Source: the human T2T-CHM13v2.0 reference genome, Homo sapiens | DNA: 64,000 nucleotides | Direction: 5' to 3' (one strand) | NCBI RefSeq assembly: GCF_009914755.1 | Contig: NC_060927.1 | Shown here: one piece after another, positions 1 to 13,700 of the stretch | Layout: every line of letters begins with the position of its first letter | Position numbering within the stretch: the first letter of the stretch is position 1 | Translations under genes and position numbers: made by a program | The notes under the pieces: model-generated | What the model saw: only the letters and a program-made list of their open reading frames with translations | Told to the model about the DNA's origin: nothing | The model's database searches: none

Positions 1-1634
1 ATACGTGCATATCAAGTCACTATGGAGGAATATGTGAAAATACGAACAAGTTACCCTCCAAGGGCCATACATACACTCCTTTGAACAAAACTTAAGCTAT
101 GATTGGAGTTGCTGGTTCATCCTAAAGCATTATGTCAGAATCCAGTTACATCCACAAAGTTCATGGGTATTCCTGAGATGTTGCTTTTTGAGCTGGACCG
201 TAAAGCCAGGAAAACGTGGAAGTAAATATTCAAGATCCAGGGTCCACAAGTCTTCAGTTTTGCTCAAAGTCTGACCCTCTCTCACACTCAGGTTCCGGGT
301 CAGCAAATACAACTCATGAGGATGGGCCCACAAACACGCAAAGCCTAATCCAGGTTATAGAGTTATTAACAGGAATCAGTTCAGTGGAGTGAAGGGACAA
401 AAAACAAAATAAACAAACAAACAACCTGATTAACTGGCACTGAGCTAAACAAGAAAGCTCCTGGCAGCAAGTGAAGAAACACCCTGTTGGCTCTAAATTC
501 TTAAGCTATTCAGGTTTGAAGCCAGATAATTTTGTTGTAGTAGTAATCCAAAGACAATCAATTTTTATGTCTGACACGTCTTTGAACTGGCTACTCCATA
601 TCCCACCAATTAAGTCTTCTTATTGAATAATGCCCATTAGTTTCTTTACCTTTTTATTTGAAAATTCTGTTTACAAGCAAGTAGCAAACTATAGAGCAGT
701 CTTTTGATTTAATTGGTTCTTATTTTATTTTTTCTTCTTAAATATAAGATATGTCTGATTATTATTATTATACAATAGATGCTCTCATATTTGCTATTAT
801 AAATTGTCTGAATTGTTATACCTTCTTCTTTCCAACTAACTTTTCTCTCTCTCCTTTTTTAACTTTTTTATTGTATTTGGTTTTCAAATTTAGCCATAGT
901 CTAACATTTATGATACAATTTTAAAATTGATGATTATAATTTTTAAGGATTGAAAATGTTTTATAATTTTACAAAATAAATAAAAATTAAAGACTTTAAC
1001 TAAATCAACTTGTTAAGGTACTATAGGCCATGCAAGTTACAAAAACTGGTCTTTTGAAATATCTTAAACATGTAAGTGTAAGCAATATTTATAATTCGTA
1101 AATTTTCAGAAATTAAGTTCAATAAAAATAATACTTTACTCTGCTTAATTCGTGTTTAATTTGTCCAACTCAATATAATTTAATTTCAAACATTTATAAG
1201 GATGCAGACAACCTATGCCAACAAATGAGTAAACAAATCAAAAATTCTTTGGAAGTCCTGAAGGACTATAGCCACTTTTTAAACTTAAATTGATTTCATT
1301 TTTGAGAAAATGATGTTTCTCTCAATTGATTAGACCCCTAAGAAATGAACGGTTGGGCCACCCTACCATATAGAAAGCCCCAAATAGCTGAAGTGCTAAT
1401 TGGGAACAAAAGGAGCACAGAAGGAATGCTAGAGTTGTACAAAAGAATCACAACTTAGTGAATGGTTGCAGAAATGAAAGGCTGTAGAGTCCCATAGTTT
1501 TTTCCTTTCTTGGCCTTGAATGTATTTGTGTATAGTAACCAATTTCCATTTTTCCTCTTGTTCCTGTTCTCTACATTTTTTGAAGATTTTACAGAATGAC
1601 AAATTGGGATTGCAACTGAATGAGAAAAGCTTGA

Positions 1635-2191
1635 ATACATCCCAATGTCTTATTCAGTTAAAATGAGATTATAATCAAATAAGTTATTGATGGGATTTTG
1701 AATTTCCATTTTTGGGAAGAGAATGAAGACATTGTGTATGATTTAGTGCATTATGTTAGACTGGACCAAATTTTTATTGTTATTGTTGTATTTGGAAGTA
1801 TAAGTATTTGTAGTAGGATGTAAATGGATGTTTACATGAAAGTTCTGGATATGAATAGGTTCTGCCAGGTAGGTGTAATTGCATGAACTTTGAAGGGCAA
1901 AAGGAGGTAGTGGTTATTATTCTGCTGTTGTGGGTATTACAAAAACAGAGTAGAGATCAGTGTTGGCTGACCCCTGTACTGCATATGTCAGTGTCTTGTC
2001 ACCAGCAACTTGGCATGAGGGCCAGTTGCGTTAGAGACAGAGCACCAGTTTCCTAATGTACTACAACTAGTATCATATACAAATGTCTTCATGCTGTTTC
2101 CCAAAATGGAAACTGAAAATCCCATCAATAACTTATTTGGTTATAATCCCATTATAATCCCATTATAACCAAATGAGACTTTGGGATGTAT
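1635..2191. repeat. Inverted duplication, arms ~1635-1754 and ~2054-2191
   Basis: The reverse complement of ATACATCCCAATG...AATAAGTTATTGATGGGATTTT...GAAGACATTG aligns to ...AATGTCTTCA...AAAATCCCATCAATAACTTATT...TTGGGATGTAT. The second arm has an extra 11-bp unit. Confidence 0.9.
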
Positions 2192-2363
2192 ATACCAACT
2201 ACAGTGGTGATCTTCATTCCCACCGTGCAAGTGGTCCCCCAAGTTTCTTGGCTGCAGTCCCTCCAGCAAGTTTGTAAAGTACTGTATTCCATGTATACCA
2301 TCCCTTTCCCCTAAAATAACACTAGTATCTTCTGTTTTCTCCGGTTATCCCTGACTGCGATAC
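1809..2363 (+). mobile_element. Old ERVL/MaLR-class solo LTR, interrupted by an inverted templated insert
   Basis: Begins TGTAGTAGG and ends ...CCCTGACTGCGATAC, similar to ERVL-type LTR termini (CCCTGACTGATACA). Subfamily not resolved. Confidence 0.5.
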
Positions 2364-3464
2364 CATGGTAATGCAGACTTTTCAAAAGAGAATAAAAGGT
2401 GGAAATTAGACAGATTCAGAAGACAAAAACATGGTACAGAAAAAAAGTACAAATCATTTACTAGGCAATGTAATCAGGATTATTTCACATATGTACTTAT
2501 TTGCAAAGATGTTTCTTTTATTTAGACAAAATGTTTAATTGCAAGGAAATATAGAAAATAAAAAATGACTCAATGAAGCTAAAGCATTGTGCAGGCAGGC
2601 ATCTTCTAGCAAAACACTCAGACAAGAAAAATAATTTGACATTTTTATGTCAGTGAATTGAAAATGTCTGAATCCTTTATAAATGAGTCCAGCAAAACTT
2701 TATTAGCTAAAGCTAAAATGTGTCATGCAATTACCAAATCACTCATTTTTCTAGCCTGCACTGCTTGGGACTAAGGACAAAGTAAATAGAAAAGGTGCCA
2801 TTTTTGAATAACACTCTTAGTAGATAAAATGACAATGTGCAAAGTGAGATAATCTAATTACTAAATTGGAAGTAACTTTCCACCGAAGTTTGATGCATTT
2901 ACAGACATTATAAATGTGTTTAGCTGATAATCCTAATTAGAAGAAATTATTTCTTTTTGTTTTTTAGATTTAGCGAAATGTTTTTATTGTAAAGAAAGAT
3001 ACAGAGGCTGCCTTGAAAATCTGAACTCCTTAATGCCATTTCCTTCAGCAAAACAGGCATCTCTTAGAGTGTCAAGACAAGACCCAGGTATAATAGCAAG
3101 ACAATGTAATGAGTTATATTTCTTGCCCAAACTGCAAACAGACACCTCATATTTATTCCAGTTTACTTATTTGTGCCATACAAATATTTTTATGTGTTCC
3201 ATGTGAAATGGGTTGAGACAATTTGGTTAAAGGGGAGGGAATAAACTCGAGACCATTACATCACTCATAGGAATTTCAAACCCAAACAAAGATCAAACTA
3301 TCTTGTTAATAGGTTTCTATGTTGAAAAATAATATATCACATCCTTAGAGTCCTAATCATGAGGCATTTAAAAATATATTAGGAAATAATACAGGTAACA
3401 CGAGCAAAGCATGATAACATTTTGAATGGCTTAATTCTTTCGCACAGAATTATCTAATGCTTAC

Positions 3465-3493
3465 TAAGCATCTCTGCCAACTCCAATCTCAGC
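3465..3493 (-). other. Candidate 29-nt exon
   Basis: Minus strand reads gttctcttgctctctatctctctcttag|GCTGAGATTGGAGTTGGCAGAGATGCTTA|gtaagc: long pyrimidine tract and GTAAG donor. Confidence 0.4.
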
Positions 3494-3859
3494 CTAAGAG
3501 AGAGATAGAGAGCAAGAGAACTTGTATTAATGTCTGCCCCGCAAAATATACGTTTCACCCTACCCCACTCAGGGTTCTCATCAGTTTCAGGCTGCTTACT
3601 GAATCATGCTGTTTTAAGAAAAATCAATGCCACAATATTTCTTTTTAGTCAAGGGTCACTAATAGCATCCTTGCTGATTAAATATTACCAACACATGTAT
3701 AATTTATTTAGGCCATGTATTATTATTGACTTGGAAATAATGGAAAATCCTGTCTTCAATATTAGTCCAAAGTTGTTTCCTAAGGATTAATATAGTTCAA
3801 AAATAAAAGCTAAAGTAAATTATGTATAGTTATTTTTAAAATGTCATTTTAGAAAACAT

Positions 3860-4230
3860 TTTTTAAATGTCCAACTTCTATTTGAAGTTCAGGGGTACAT
3901 GTGCCGATGTGTGGGTATGTTACATAGTTAAATGGGTTCCATGGTGCCTTGCTGCACAGATCATCCCATCACCTAGGTATTAAGGCCAGTATCTATTAGC
4001 TATTCTTCCTGATGCTCTTCCTCTTCCCACCCCTCACCCTCTGACAGGCCTCAGTGTGTGTTTTACCCCCTCCTCATGTGTCCATATGTTCTCATCATTC
4101 AGCTCCCACTTAAAAGTAGAACATGCGGTATTTGGTTTTATGTTCCTGTGTTAGTTTGCTGAGAATAATGGCATCCAGCTCCATCTATGCATCTATTGCA
4201 TCTATGTCCCTGCAAATGACATGATCTTGT
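3860..4230 (-). mobile_element. L1PA (older, ~PA10-15) 3' end fragment
   Basis: AAGTTCAGGGGTACATGTG...ATCCCATCACCTAGGTATTAAG...CAGCTCCCACTT is the antisense L1PA 3' UTR. Confidence 0.85.
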
Positions 4231-4237
4231 AAAACAC

Positions 4238-6235
4238 ATTTTTTATTTTTTATTTTTTAGAGACAAAGTCTAGCTCTGTTGCCCAGACTGGACTACAGTG
4301 GTGTGATTATAGCTCACATCCTCACATCAGACTTGCACTCCTAGACTCAAGCAATCCTTCTGCCTCAGCCTAAAGAGTAGCTGGCTACAGGTGTGCACCA
4401 CCAGACCCACCTAATTAAAACAAGGTTCCATGTTCATGGGTAGGAAGAATCAGTATCGTGAAATTGGCCATACTGCCCAAGGTAATTTATAGATTCAATG
4501 CCATCCCCATCAAGCTACCAATGACTTTCTTCACAGAATTGGAAAAAACTACTTTAAAGTTCATGTGGATCCAAAAAAGAGCCCACATTGCCAAGACAAC
4601 CCTAAGCCAAAAGAACAAAGCTGGAGGCATCACGCTATCTGACTTCAAACTATACTACAAGGCTACAGTAACCAAAACAGCATGGTACTGGTACCAAAAC
4701 AGAGATATAGACCAATGGAACAGAACAGAGCTCTCAGAAATTAATACTGCACATCTACAACCATCTGATCTTTGAAAAACAACCATCTGATCTTTGACAA
4801 AAACAAGAACTGGGGAAAGGATTCCCTATTTAATAAATCGTGCTGGGAAAACTGGCTAGCCATATGTAGAAAGCTGAAACTGGATCCCTTCCTTACACCT
4901 TATACAAAAATTAATTCAAGATGCATTAAAGACTTAAATGTTAGACCTAAAACAATAAAAACCCTAGAAGAAAACCTAGGCAATACTATTCAGGACATAG
5001 GCATGGGCAAGGACTTCATGTCTAAAACACCAAAAGCAATGGCAGCAAAAGCCAAAATTGACAAATGGGATCTATTTAAACTAAAGAGCTTCTGCACAGC
5101 AAAAGAAACTATCATCAGAATGAACAGGCAACCTACAGAATGGGAGAAAATTTTTGCAATCTACTCATCTGACAAAGGGCTAATATCCAGAATTTACAAA
5201 GAACTCAAACAAATTCACAAGAAAAAAGTAAACAACACCTTCAAAAAGTGGGTGAAGGATATGAACAGACACTTCTCAAAAGAAGACATTTATGCAGCCA
5301 ACAGACACATGAAAAAATGCTCAACATCACTGGCCATCAGAGAAATGCAAATCAAAACCACAATGAGATACCATCTCACACCAGTTAGAATGGCGATCAT
5401 TAAAAAGTCAGGAAACAGTGCCGGAGAGGATGTGGAGAAATAGGAACACTTTTACACTGTTGGTGGGACTGTAAACTAATTCAACCATTGTGGAAGACAG
5501 TGTGGCGATTCCTCAAGGATCTAGATCTATTAATACCATTTGACCCAGCCATCCCATTACTGGGTATATACCCAAAGGATTAGAAATCATGCTGCTGTAA
5601 AGACACATGCACACGTATGTTTATTGTGGCACTATTCACAATAGCAAAGACTTGGAACCAACCCAAATGTCCATCAATGATAGACTGGATTAAAAAAATA
5701 TGGCACATATACACCATGGAATACTATGTAGCCATAAAAAATGATGAGTTCATATCCTTTGTAGGGACATGGATGAAGCTGGAAACCATCATTCTCAGCA
5801 AACTATCGCAAGGACAAAAAACCAAACACCGCATGTTCTCACTCATAGGTGGGAATTGAACAATGAGAACACTTGGACACAGGAAGGGGAACATCACATA
5901 CCAGGGCCTGTCGTGGGGTTGGGGGAGGAGGGAGGGATAGCATTAGGAAATATACCTAATATAAATGACCAATTAATGGGTGCAGCACACCAACATGACA
6001 CATGTATACATATGTAACAAACCTGCACGTTGTGCACATGTACCCTAGAACTTAAAGTATAATAAAAAATAAATAAATAAAAATAAAACAAGGTTCTTTT
6101 AGAGACGATGGGAGGTGGGTGAGAGGTGGTCTTGCTATGTTGTTCAGGCTGGTCTTGCGCTACTGGCTTCAAGCGATCCTTCCACCTCAGCATCCTGTGT
6201 AGCTGGGATTACAGGTGCAAGCCACTGGGCCTGGC
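4238..6235 (-). mobile_element. AluJ-like element split by an L1 insertion (halves ~4238-4415 and ~6097-6235)
   Basis: The right-arm part precedes the L1 and the left-arm part follows it. AAGCAATCCTTCTGCCTCAGCC and AAGCGATCCTTCCACCTCAGC are J-type motifs. Confidence 0.85.
4429..6083 (+). mobile_element. 5'-truncated L1PA4-like LINE-1 (C-terminal ORF2 remnant, 3' UTR, A tail)
   Basis: ORFs 4458-4775, 4772-5443 and 5617-5859 are recognisable L1 ORF2p. TSD TAAAACAAGGTTC at 4416-4428 and 6084-6096. An internal 22-bp tandem duplication lies at 4757-4800. Confidence 0.97.
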
Positions 6236-6511
6236 TCTATCAAACGTTTTGAATCATATTTATTTCCACATGCAGCACTTTTCTCTGAAAATCTGCACTG
6301 TATGCACGTTATTCATTTTGAGCCTACCAGAGCGGCAGTCATATTATTTTTTAGGTTTATTCTTCTCTCTTAAGTAGATAATAAAGAGCAATTTCTATAG
6401 CATTTTAGGCTGAGTCTATGTCGGAATTACCATATGTGCACATGATTCTAGACACAAACAACATTACTGAGATTCCTGTAGGAACCACCAGAACTCAGGA
6501 TTTGTAAAGTA

Positions 6512-6662
6512 TTAATCAAATTGAGTAAAGGAATTTGTTTCAGAATAGTTTAAGACATCCATTATAAAATTCTGGTTTTCTGACATTGGGTATTCTCTTA
6601 ATTTGAGCAAACTTCCTGTTGAACTTGTATCAGAGGGTTGCCCTTCCTTTGATAGCTCCTCA
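6512..6662 (-). other. Candidate terminal coding segment (EELSKEGQPSDTSSTGSLLKLREYPMSENQNFIMDVLNYSETNSFTQFD*)
   Basis: Acceptor-like cactttgctcttggcctag| followed by 49 open codons. Its phase matches the 43-nt candidate exon. A stronger alternative acceptor (gtttcttccttttcttag) lies at ~6808. Confidence 0.2.
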
Positions 6663-7453
6663 CTAGGCCAAGAGCAAAGTGAATGTAAGATAATTGAGCT
6701 ATCTCTAAAATAAACTTTTTCTACTTTTCTGAGTTTATTTCTCTGAGGGGAGAAGATGTTTCCTTCAATTTTCCTATAAAAAGCTGATCAATCCTAAAAT
6801 TTGAAGCCTAAGAAAAGGAAGAAACTATTGTGAGAATCAGAGTCACTCATGAGGAATTTAAACCACTGCAGAGATAAAACCCTGTGTAACAGTTAATAGC
6901 TCTATATGCCAGGAAAACACTGGACCCTTGTAAAGAAAGAATAATAAGTTCTCAGTACAAAAGAAAGCTACTTTAGTTTTTAATCCTATAGATCATGGTT
7001 TCATTTAAACTAAATTTTAATAATATGTGCTAATGAATAAAATGCCATTTTAAAAATAATAAATGAAACTTAACAAATTGCATATGGTTAGTTTGCCTTT
7101 AAAAGACTAAAGTATTTTTCCATTGCAATGTTTGCATTTCTAAAGGGTGGACAAAACCTTTTATTTTTAGCCGGCCAATCTGTACCATGTTTGATTTGTA
7201 TTTTTTTTTTGTTTTGGTGAACATGAAAATTCTACATTAAAAATTATAATTCCCCTTTACCAGGGAACTCAACTTTCCATCTTATTTCACCGCAGATAGT
7301 TTTAGTGTCTTCAGTCTTTCATTTCAAAGTGCTTATATTTAATATTTATTACCAAAGAAATAGAAGGCTTAGTCAACTCAATGTTATTTATTTATTTTGC
7401 TTTGATCTGTAGGTTGTCATGTAAACTAAGCAGCATATTTCTTTCTCACTTAC

Positions 7454-7496
7454 ATATGGGCTTGCTGACTGACAGAGCTCTCAGATTTCTTTGTGG
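7454..7496 (-). other. Candidate 43-nt exon
   Basis: aactttccttag|CCACAAAGAAATCTGAGAGCTCTGTCAGTCAGCAAGCCCATAT|gtaagt. Consensus donor, modest pyrimidine tract. Confidence 0.35.
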
Positions 7497-8299
7497 CTAA
7501 GGAAAGTTATTTTTGATACAGTGTGAGATATTTTAAAAGAGTGTTTGAAGTGTTAAAGCTGATATCTGGGCCAACAAAAATGAAGATCATGTTCTTAATT
7601 TTGATCATTCCAAAAACTTCAGGCTGAGCTTCCTCATATCAAAAAAGGCATTGTAAAGAGTGAAGGTGGTTATAAAAAGATGGCTTTTAGCTTTTCGGGT
7701 TACAGAAATTAGCTTTAAAAATTCATCCCACGCCCCTAACATGATTTTTAGAGTGATTATTTTTTCTCTCAAATCATGCATATATAGGATTCATCTCTTT
7801 TATTTCCTGATCAGGCAAATCTCTGAATTTTCTTATTCTGGATTCTTGATTGTTGCCTTTTTGCAAAGAAATTAATTTTGTGCATTTAAAACATGCATCG
7901 TAACGGTTAATCCACATGTCATTAATCTCTAAATCATAACATTGGCACAGACTGTACCTCTCATCTTAGTCACTGCTAATAGAAGTATTGAGAATCAAGA
8001 AAGGCTGATCTACCTTAAAATGATACAGATAAAAGACCATAGCTTTATTCAACTTTACCAAGAAAGCAAGATCCAATGAAAGACTGAGATAACTGGTAAA
8101 TCAGGGGTCAATGACCAGATAATATTGCCCAAGTTAATATGAATATCAAGCTGGTCAACATATCTAGCCAATTCTGGCCCTTCTCTTCCCTTCCGTTCCT
8201 TTCTGTCCATTCCTTCTTGCTGGAAAAGATATAATACCTGCAATATCTACCAAAGGTGTGCATCTGTGTATCCTACAACCCAACATATATACTCTTTTT

Positions 8300-8762
8300 T
8301 GAAATTTATAAATATATTAAGAAAGTATATTGGCAGGAATATTTATAGAAGTTATATTGGTAATAGCCAAAAGCTGAAAACTTACACAAATGATAATCAA
8401 CAATAAAATGTGCAAGTTGAGACATATTAATACAATGAAATATTATACAAAACAATGTGAATAACTCTCACGTAGACAATACTGAGTAAAAGCAGCTAAA
8501 CATCCTACATATGTACTGTATGGTTCTATGTGTATAGAGTGCAATGACAGCAAAGCTAGTCTACTGTGATAGATATTAGCATAAAGGTTGTGTATAGTGG
8601 GAGTTGGTGATGAGAGTGGGGCAGAGGAAACACTGCTAAGGGGAAGAGACATTCTATTCCTTGAAAACACACATGAAGGTGCATTTAATGTGGAAAAATT
8701 CAAGTTGTACACTTGGTGTTTGTCTACTTTCCTATATAGATTACACTTCAATAAAAAAAAAA
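8300..8762 (+). mobile_element. Ancient L1M (L1MC/ME-type) 3' fragment
   Basis: Degenerate L1M 3' UTR motifs (AATAGCCAAAAGCTGAAAAC...TACACTTCAATAAAAAA). Confidence 0.6.
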
Positions 8763-10429
8763 GTTCTGACCTTTATGGAAAACTTAGATAACTGTGAAAG
8801 TAAAAACAAAACAAGAAAAATCAGAACTTCATAAACATAATTAATATTAATCTTCTTGGTTTTTTTCTTTCCAACCTTTAAAATGAAATCAGTGCTAATA
8901 TAAAACAGAAACAGAAATTGGGATATCTATTTATCTGTCTATCCACCTGTCTATCTATCCCTCACTGTTTTTTAACTTAATGTCATACAAATTACTTATA
9001 CTTCATTTATATACGATTTTGAATATTCTCTCATATGAATTTATAATAATTTAAATACCTGCATTTTTATTTGTATAGTCTTAGAAGCATAACGAGTCAA
9101 AGCCATACAGTTTTGAAAGTCTTGATCTTGCAGGACTGTTGATACTGCCAACCAAAATGTCTACTCCAATTTATATTAACACTAACATCATGGGTTGTTA
9201 TTATTACCAAAAAAAGTCATAACAATACAAATCTTTCATGCCCAAGTGCGCTTTTGTAAAGTCAAGTGTGTAATATTAAGATGTACTATTCCTTACATCA
9301 AATATGGATGAGAAAAAAGTAGGTGTACCAAGGAGTTAAAAACTGGAATATTTATATTTTAAAATATTCTTATCCACAGAATAAATTATTCTGGCATATG
9401 GCCACTGATACTTATAAGTAGCATGTCAAATTACTTGGTGTGAGTTCTTAAGTACCCTCATAGAAACTAAGAAAGAACACTCAATAGTTTATTTTCTATT
9501 TCATGGAGAGGAATGATAGCAAATTGGTTTTATCCCTTCAAAATTATCACCATGTGTTGAAGCACACTATGTGAAAAGAATCCTTCATTTCTATTTACAT
9601 AACAATAAAATATGTGGCCATAAACATTTTAAACCAATTAGGTCATTTTTATTTTTTCTTTTCTTCCACCAGAGTCTTGGTTCCTGTGTTTGCTCCCTGA
9701 GTGAAAAATCATGCTTCAAATTGATTCATAGATCTGGCAAATACCACTGATACTAGCAGCTGTTTGCTAATATTCTGAATAGGTATGAAATCCTTCCCTT
9801 TAAGCATCAGTTCATTTGCTCATTGTCACCACAATCTTTGGGAGCTTAGAAACCTGGAAAGTATGTTTTTCAATGTTTGGATGAGTGATAAAAACAAATG
9901 TATTTTCTGTCTGTTAAATATTTTTGAGACAGAACATTTAGTTATGTTTCTCAGGGTTGATGTGTTCATAACATAATATTTCATCAATACTAATTACTTC
10001 TAAGTACGGAAGATAATACCACTAATAAATATATGTCTACAATGCTTATATAAAGGTATAGTTCTGTTTACAAAGTGAAGACAGGCAAATTTCGTACTGT
10101 GGAATATTATAACTGACATCAACTCAACAGAAGCCAATGAGGATGTATACAACAATCTTTTCCCTCAATTTTAGGGGAAAAATGTTTCACAGCAAAGCAG
10201 CCTTTTGTGCAGAATCTAGTTTTGGCATAAAATTTACATTTCCCCAACCATCTCAAGACAAAAGTAATTTAAATAACTCACATAAATGAATTTACCAAAA
10301 CTATTATTATCTAAATTATTTTTAGGTATGCTTTTGTTCTTCTTCATGTGCTAAGTTGAGAGGACACATATATATTGTCTTTGCCTTCTAAAAGTAACAT
10401 TTATTTGATATGAAAGGGATTTCCATTAC

Positions 10430-10450
10430 CAACTGGCATACACTAGAAAA
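10430..10450 (-). other. Candidate 21-nt microexon
   Basis: tttatttatcttgttgcttcttcag|TTTTCTAGTGTATGCCAGTTG|gtaatg. UGC near the 3' splice site; weaker donor. Confidence 0.25.
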
Positions 10451-10619
10451 CTGAAGAAGCAACAAGATAAATAAATTTAATAGTTAAATATAAACATGAT
10501 TTAAATGGAATTTCACATACATAGTTTTCAAATTTATCTCTTTTACCGCAATACATCATTTTCAGATTTTAATGTAAATCTATTTTCTTTGAAAAGTAAT
10601 AAAAATTTCAAGATCTGCA

Positions 10620-11330
10620 AATATTTGGTGAGTGGTTACCCTGTTTTTATGTTCATTCTTAGTTGGAGAGAAACCTCAGATAAATCAATACTAAAACAAG
10701 AGCTAGAATGAAGATGAGAGAGAGCCACAGCTAGGGAGGAAGAGAGAACTAAAGGAATAATCAGGGAAGAGAGTGACAATATTTTAATGGAGGAAAGATC
10801 TGAGAAGGCTTCATTGAGGGGTGACATTTGAGCCAGACCTTGAAAGAAATCTGGGACTCTAACAGATAGAACAAAAGGTAGAGGGCATGCCAGTCACAGA
10901 AGAGTGAAGAGGAAATCTGTCCAGTATTCTCTCGTTATCTACACATCTAGAGTCTTCATTCTGAACCTGCCACGAAGCCAGTCTTCACGCTGTTGTGAGA
11001 GTCATCTTTTGAACAGGCAAATAGCATCACATCACATTCCCCTCCCCACTGGTTTAAAGTACAATAAACTTTTAGTTTATTATATGTCATGAAAGTATGT
11101 CATGAAAAGGTTTCTGATCATCTCGACTAAGTTTATCTCACCACCCCTATCCCTCATTACCTGCACTTCCAACACTCACTGCCACTTACCCGTCATACCA
11201 AACTATTTGTACTTTCCTAAATACATCATGATCTTGCATAAGCTTCATCCTCTGTCTGGAATAAGCTTCTGCTCATAATTTATGTAGCTGATTTTACACT
11301 CATATATCACAGCCAGCTCGACTAAGATGG
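10620..11330. mobile_element. L2 fragments in both orientations
   Basis: GAGGGGTGACATTTGAGCCAGACCTTGAA (antisense L2) followed by sense L2-like sequence. Confidence 0.5.
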
Positions 11331-13365
11331 CAAATGCTAGACAACTCTTACTTTAATCCCTGATCTATTCGCCTTCTGTAGCTGTCCCCTGCAAGAACCA
11401 GGATAGTCCTTGTCCTCAAACAAGCTCCCCTTGTTTATATGTGTGTTCCCTATGCGCACTTCTTTGTTCTGGTGACAATTTCAGTTGTCTGCGCATTTGC
11501 TCCTCCCTTGAACCATAGATACTGTGGGACTAAGTTTTCTATCCTTAGAACCAAATACAAAAGAGAGGCACATTTGTTTTGGTTGTTAAATTACACAGAA
11601 TTGAGCAAGGCAAGATGGAAGAATATAGACACTGTTTGAGGAAGAAAAGAGAGAAGCATAAAGTCCTTAAAGTAATGAGAAAAATTGTTGGTGGAAATAA
11701 GGGAGTCATGCGGAGGGCTTCGGATGCCATCAAATGGATTCAGATCTCTATTCTATTTTCATAGACATGCAAGCAAATATTTTCAACAGATGAATGACCC
11801 AGTTTGCACTTTGAAACCATAAATAAAAAAACATTAATATCAAGTTAAAGTTTGACATACGGAGCAATTCATATCAAATTTAACTAGTCATGCTTATTTT
11901 TTTATTGTTATCCAAAAAACATATATGCTAAACTCTTGTTAATTATGATTGTTATTGTTTATAACAAAAGATGCTAAGGTTGAGTTTCAAAAGAGTATAA
12001 ACACATTTAGAGTATATTACATTTATTAGTAACAGAGAGCTTCAACCATATTTTAAGAGAAAACTATTAGCAATAACACTTAACATAGTAAAATGGTATT
12101 CAAGGAGTCTTGACAATTATAACCTCACATAGACTCCTAAATAACAGATCAGTGAATGTTAGTTTCTTAGGTATTGAACACTAAGCTGCATTCTGTCCTT
12201 TATTCTGATGTATTACATATGCTTGTCTGTGTCTGTGTGATTTCAAACTATGTATTTCTGTATGGCGGCACTATTAGCATTTCTTGCCATCATGGCCAAT
12301 CAGTTTTTAAGTAAATAACTAAGTATTGTTTTTGCAATGTCTTTTGGTGATTATGTTCCATTGGCTAGAACATGGAGCTTGAATAGATCTGTTTTATACA
12401 TTTTTTACAGCGAGAAAATAGAATAAGAGCATATGAAAAATTCATCATTACTCTCCTTAGTCCTTCAAATAACTTCATCTTGAATTTCTATCCTCAGAAA
12501 AAGCAATTGGTCATCTTAGATATAATGATATGACTCAGGGGCACTTCCACAAACAGTGTGTCAAAGGAAAAAAACGAATCTCATTTTCTAGAGTCTGCAG
12601 AGTGTTAGTGTAAGGAAATGTTAAAAGAAAACTAAAATGATTTAGAAGTCATACTAGGCAGGACGCTCTAAAGGCATGAATCTGTGCTCCAGAGATTACT
12701 TCAAAATTGATAGACCTTATAACCACAACATAAAATGATTTCATATGCAACATAGCAGTAGTTCTCTAAATTAATCTGCTATAGATATAGCAGAATTTGA
12801 TTTAAACAAGTAAGTTATATTGATTTCTGTGACTAGAGAGGTTGACTTCTAAGAACATAAGAGGACCAATTTTTCCAAGAAAGGAAAAAAAAAGTAAAAG
12901 AATATAATCTCTCGGCTCCTCAATTCTTATTTTTTTATTTTGCCCAGATGCAAATAAATAAATAATAAAATTCACAGAAGACTGCCTTAAATGTAAGCAA
13001 TCTGTCCTTAGCTTTACATTCAAGATGAAATCCTTATTCATGTACAACTATTTTGGTCTCTCATAGATTTTTTTCCCCTGAATTGTGTTTTGGTGGAATA
13101 TTATCAGCCTGTATTGAGTAGAGATATAAGAAAACTCATCTATAATATATCACTGTGCTTATTGTGGTGGTAATATAAAAACATAGTGCCATATATTTCA
13201 GAATTTCTTTTTATGAGGAATTTTTTGGTGGAAATTACTCAGACTTTTCCATAGTATCTGTTTTCCATTTATTTCATAGATTTAGAGATTAATGTAACTA
13301 TCTTATTTCTCTTTATGCATTAATACAGGATTACTAAGAAATTAAGTTGGACTTATGGAAGGCAT

Positions 13366-13700
13366 TCTGGTGGTCCCGTCTGAATCCCTTTGTCTCAGGT
13401 GCATCCATACTCTAGTGACAGAGAGGGTTGTGGCTGTGGAAGTCTCACTTCTGTTGTCTCTGAAAATTACCCTTCACAGAATGGAAGGTGCCTCAGTTGG
13501 CCACCAACCACAAATGACTGTTTAAGGAGATACAAAAGGACCACCTCCTTTCCTCATGGTGGAACCAACTTTTGATACAAATCAGCTTCAAAACTTTCAC
13601 TAACACCAGGCTAAAGGGAACCTCCAAGGGAAGACCTCCTCACTCTTGCTTAGAATTCTTTCCTGAACCATCCTGCTTCTCAGGATGTATCATAGAAACA
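13366..13700 (+). mobile_element. Old ERVL-type LTR fragment (LTR16-like)
   Basis: GC-richer block with LTR16-like motifs; boundaries approximate. Confidence 0.35.

Noticed and set aside
4458-5859. Longest ORFs (105, 223 and 80 aa) as a protein-coding gene
   Set aside because: They are frameshifted fragments of L1 ORF2p in a 5'-truncated element.
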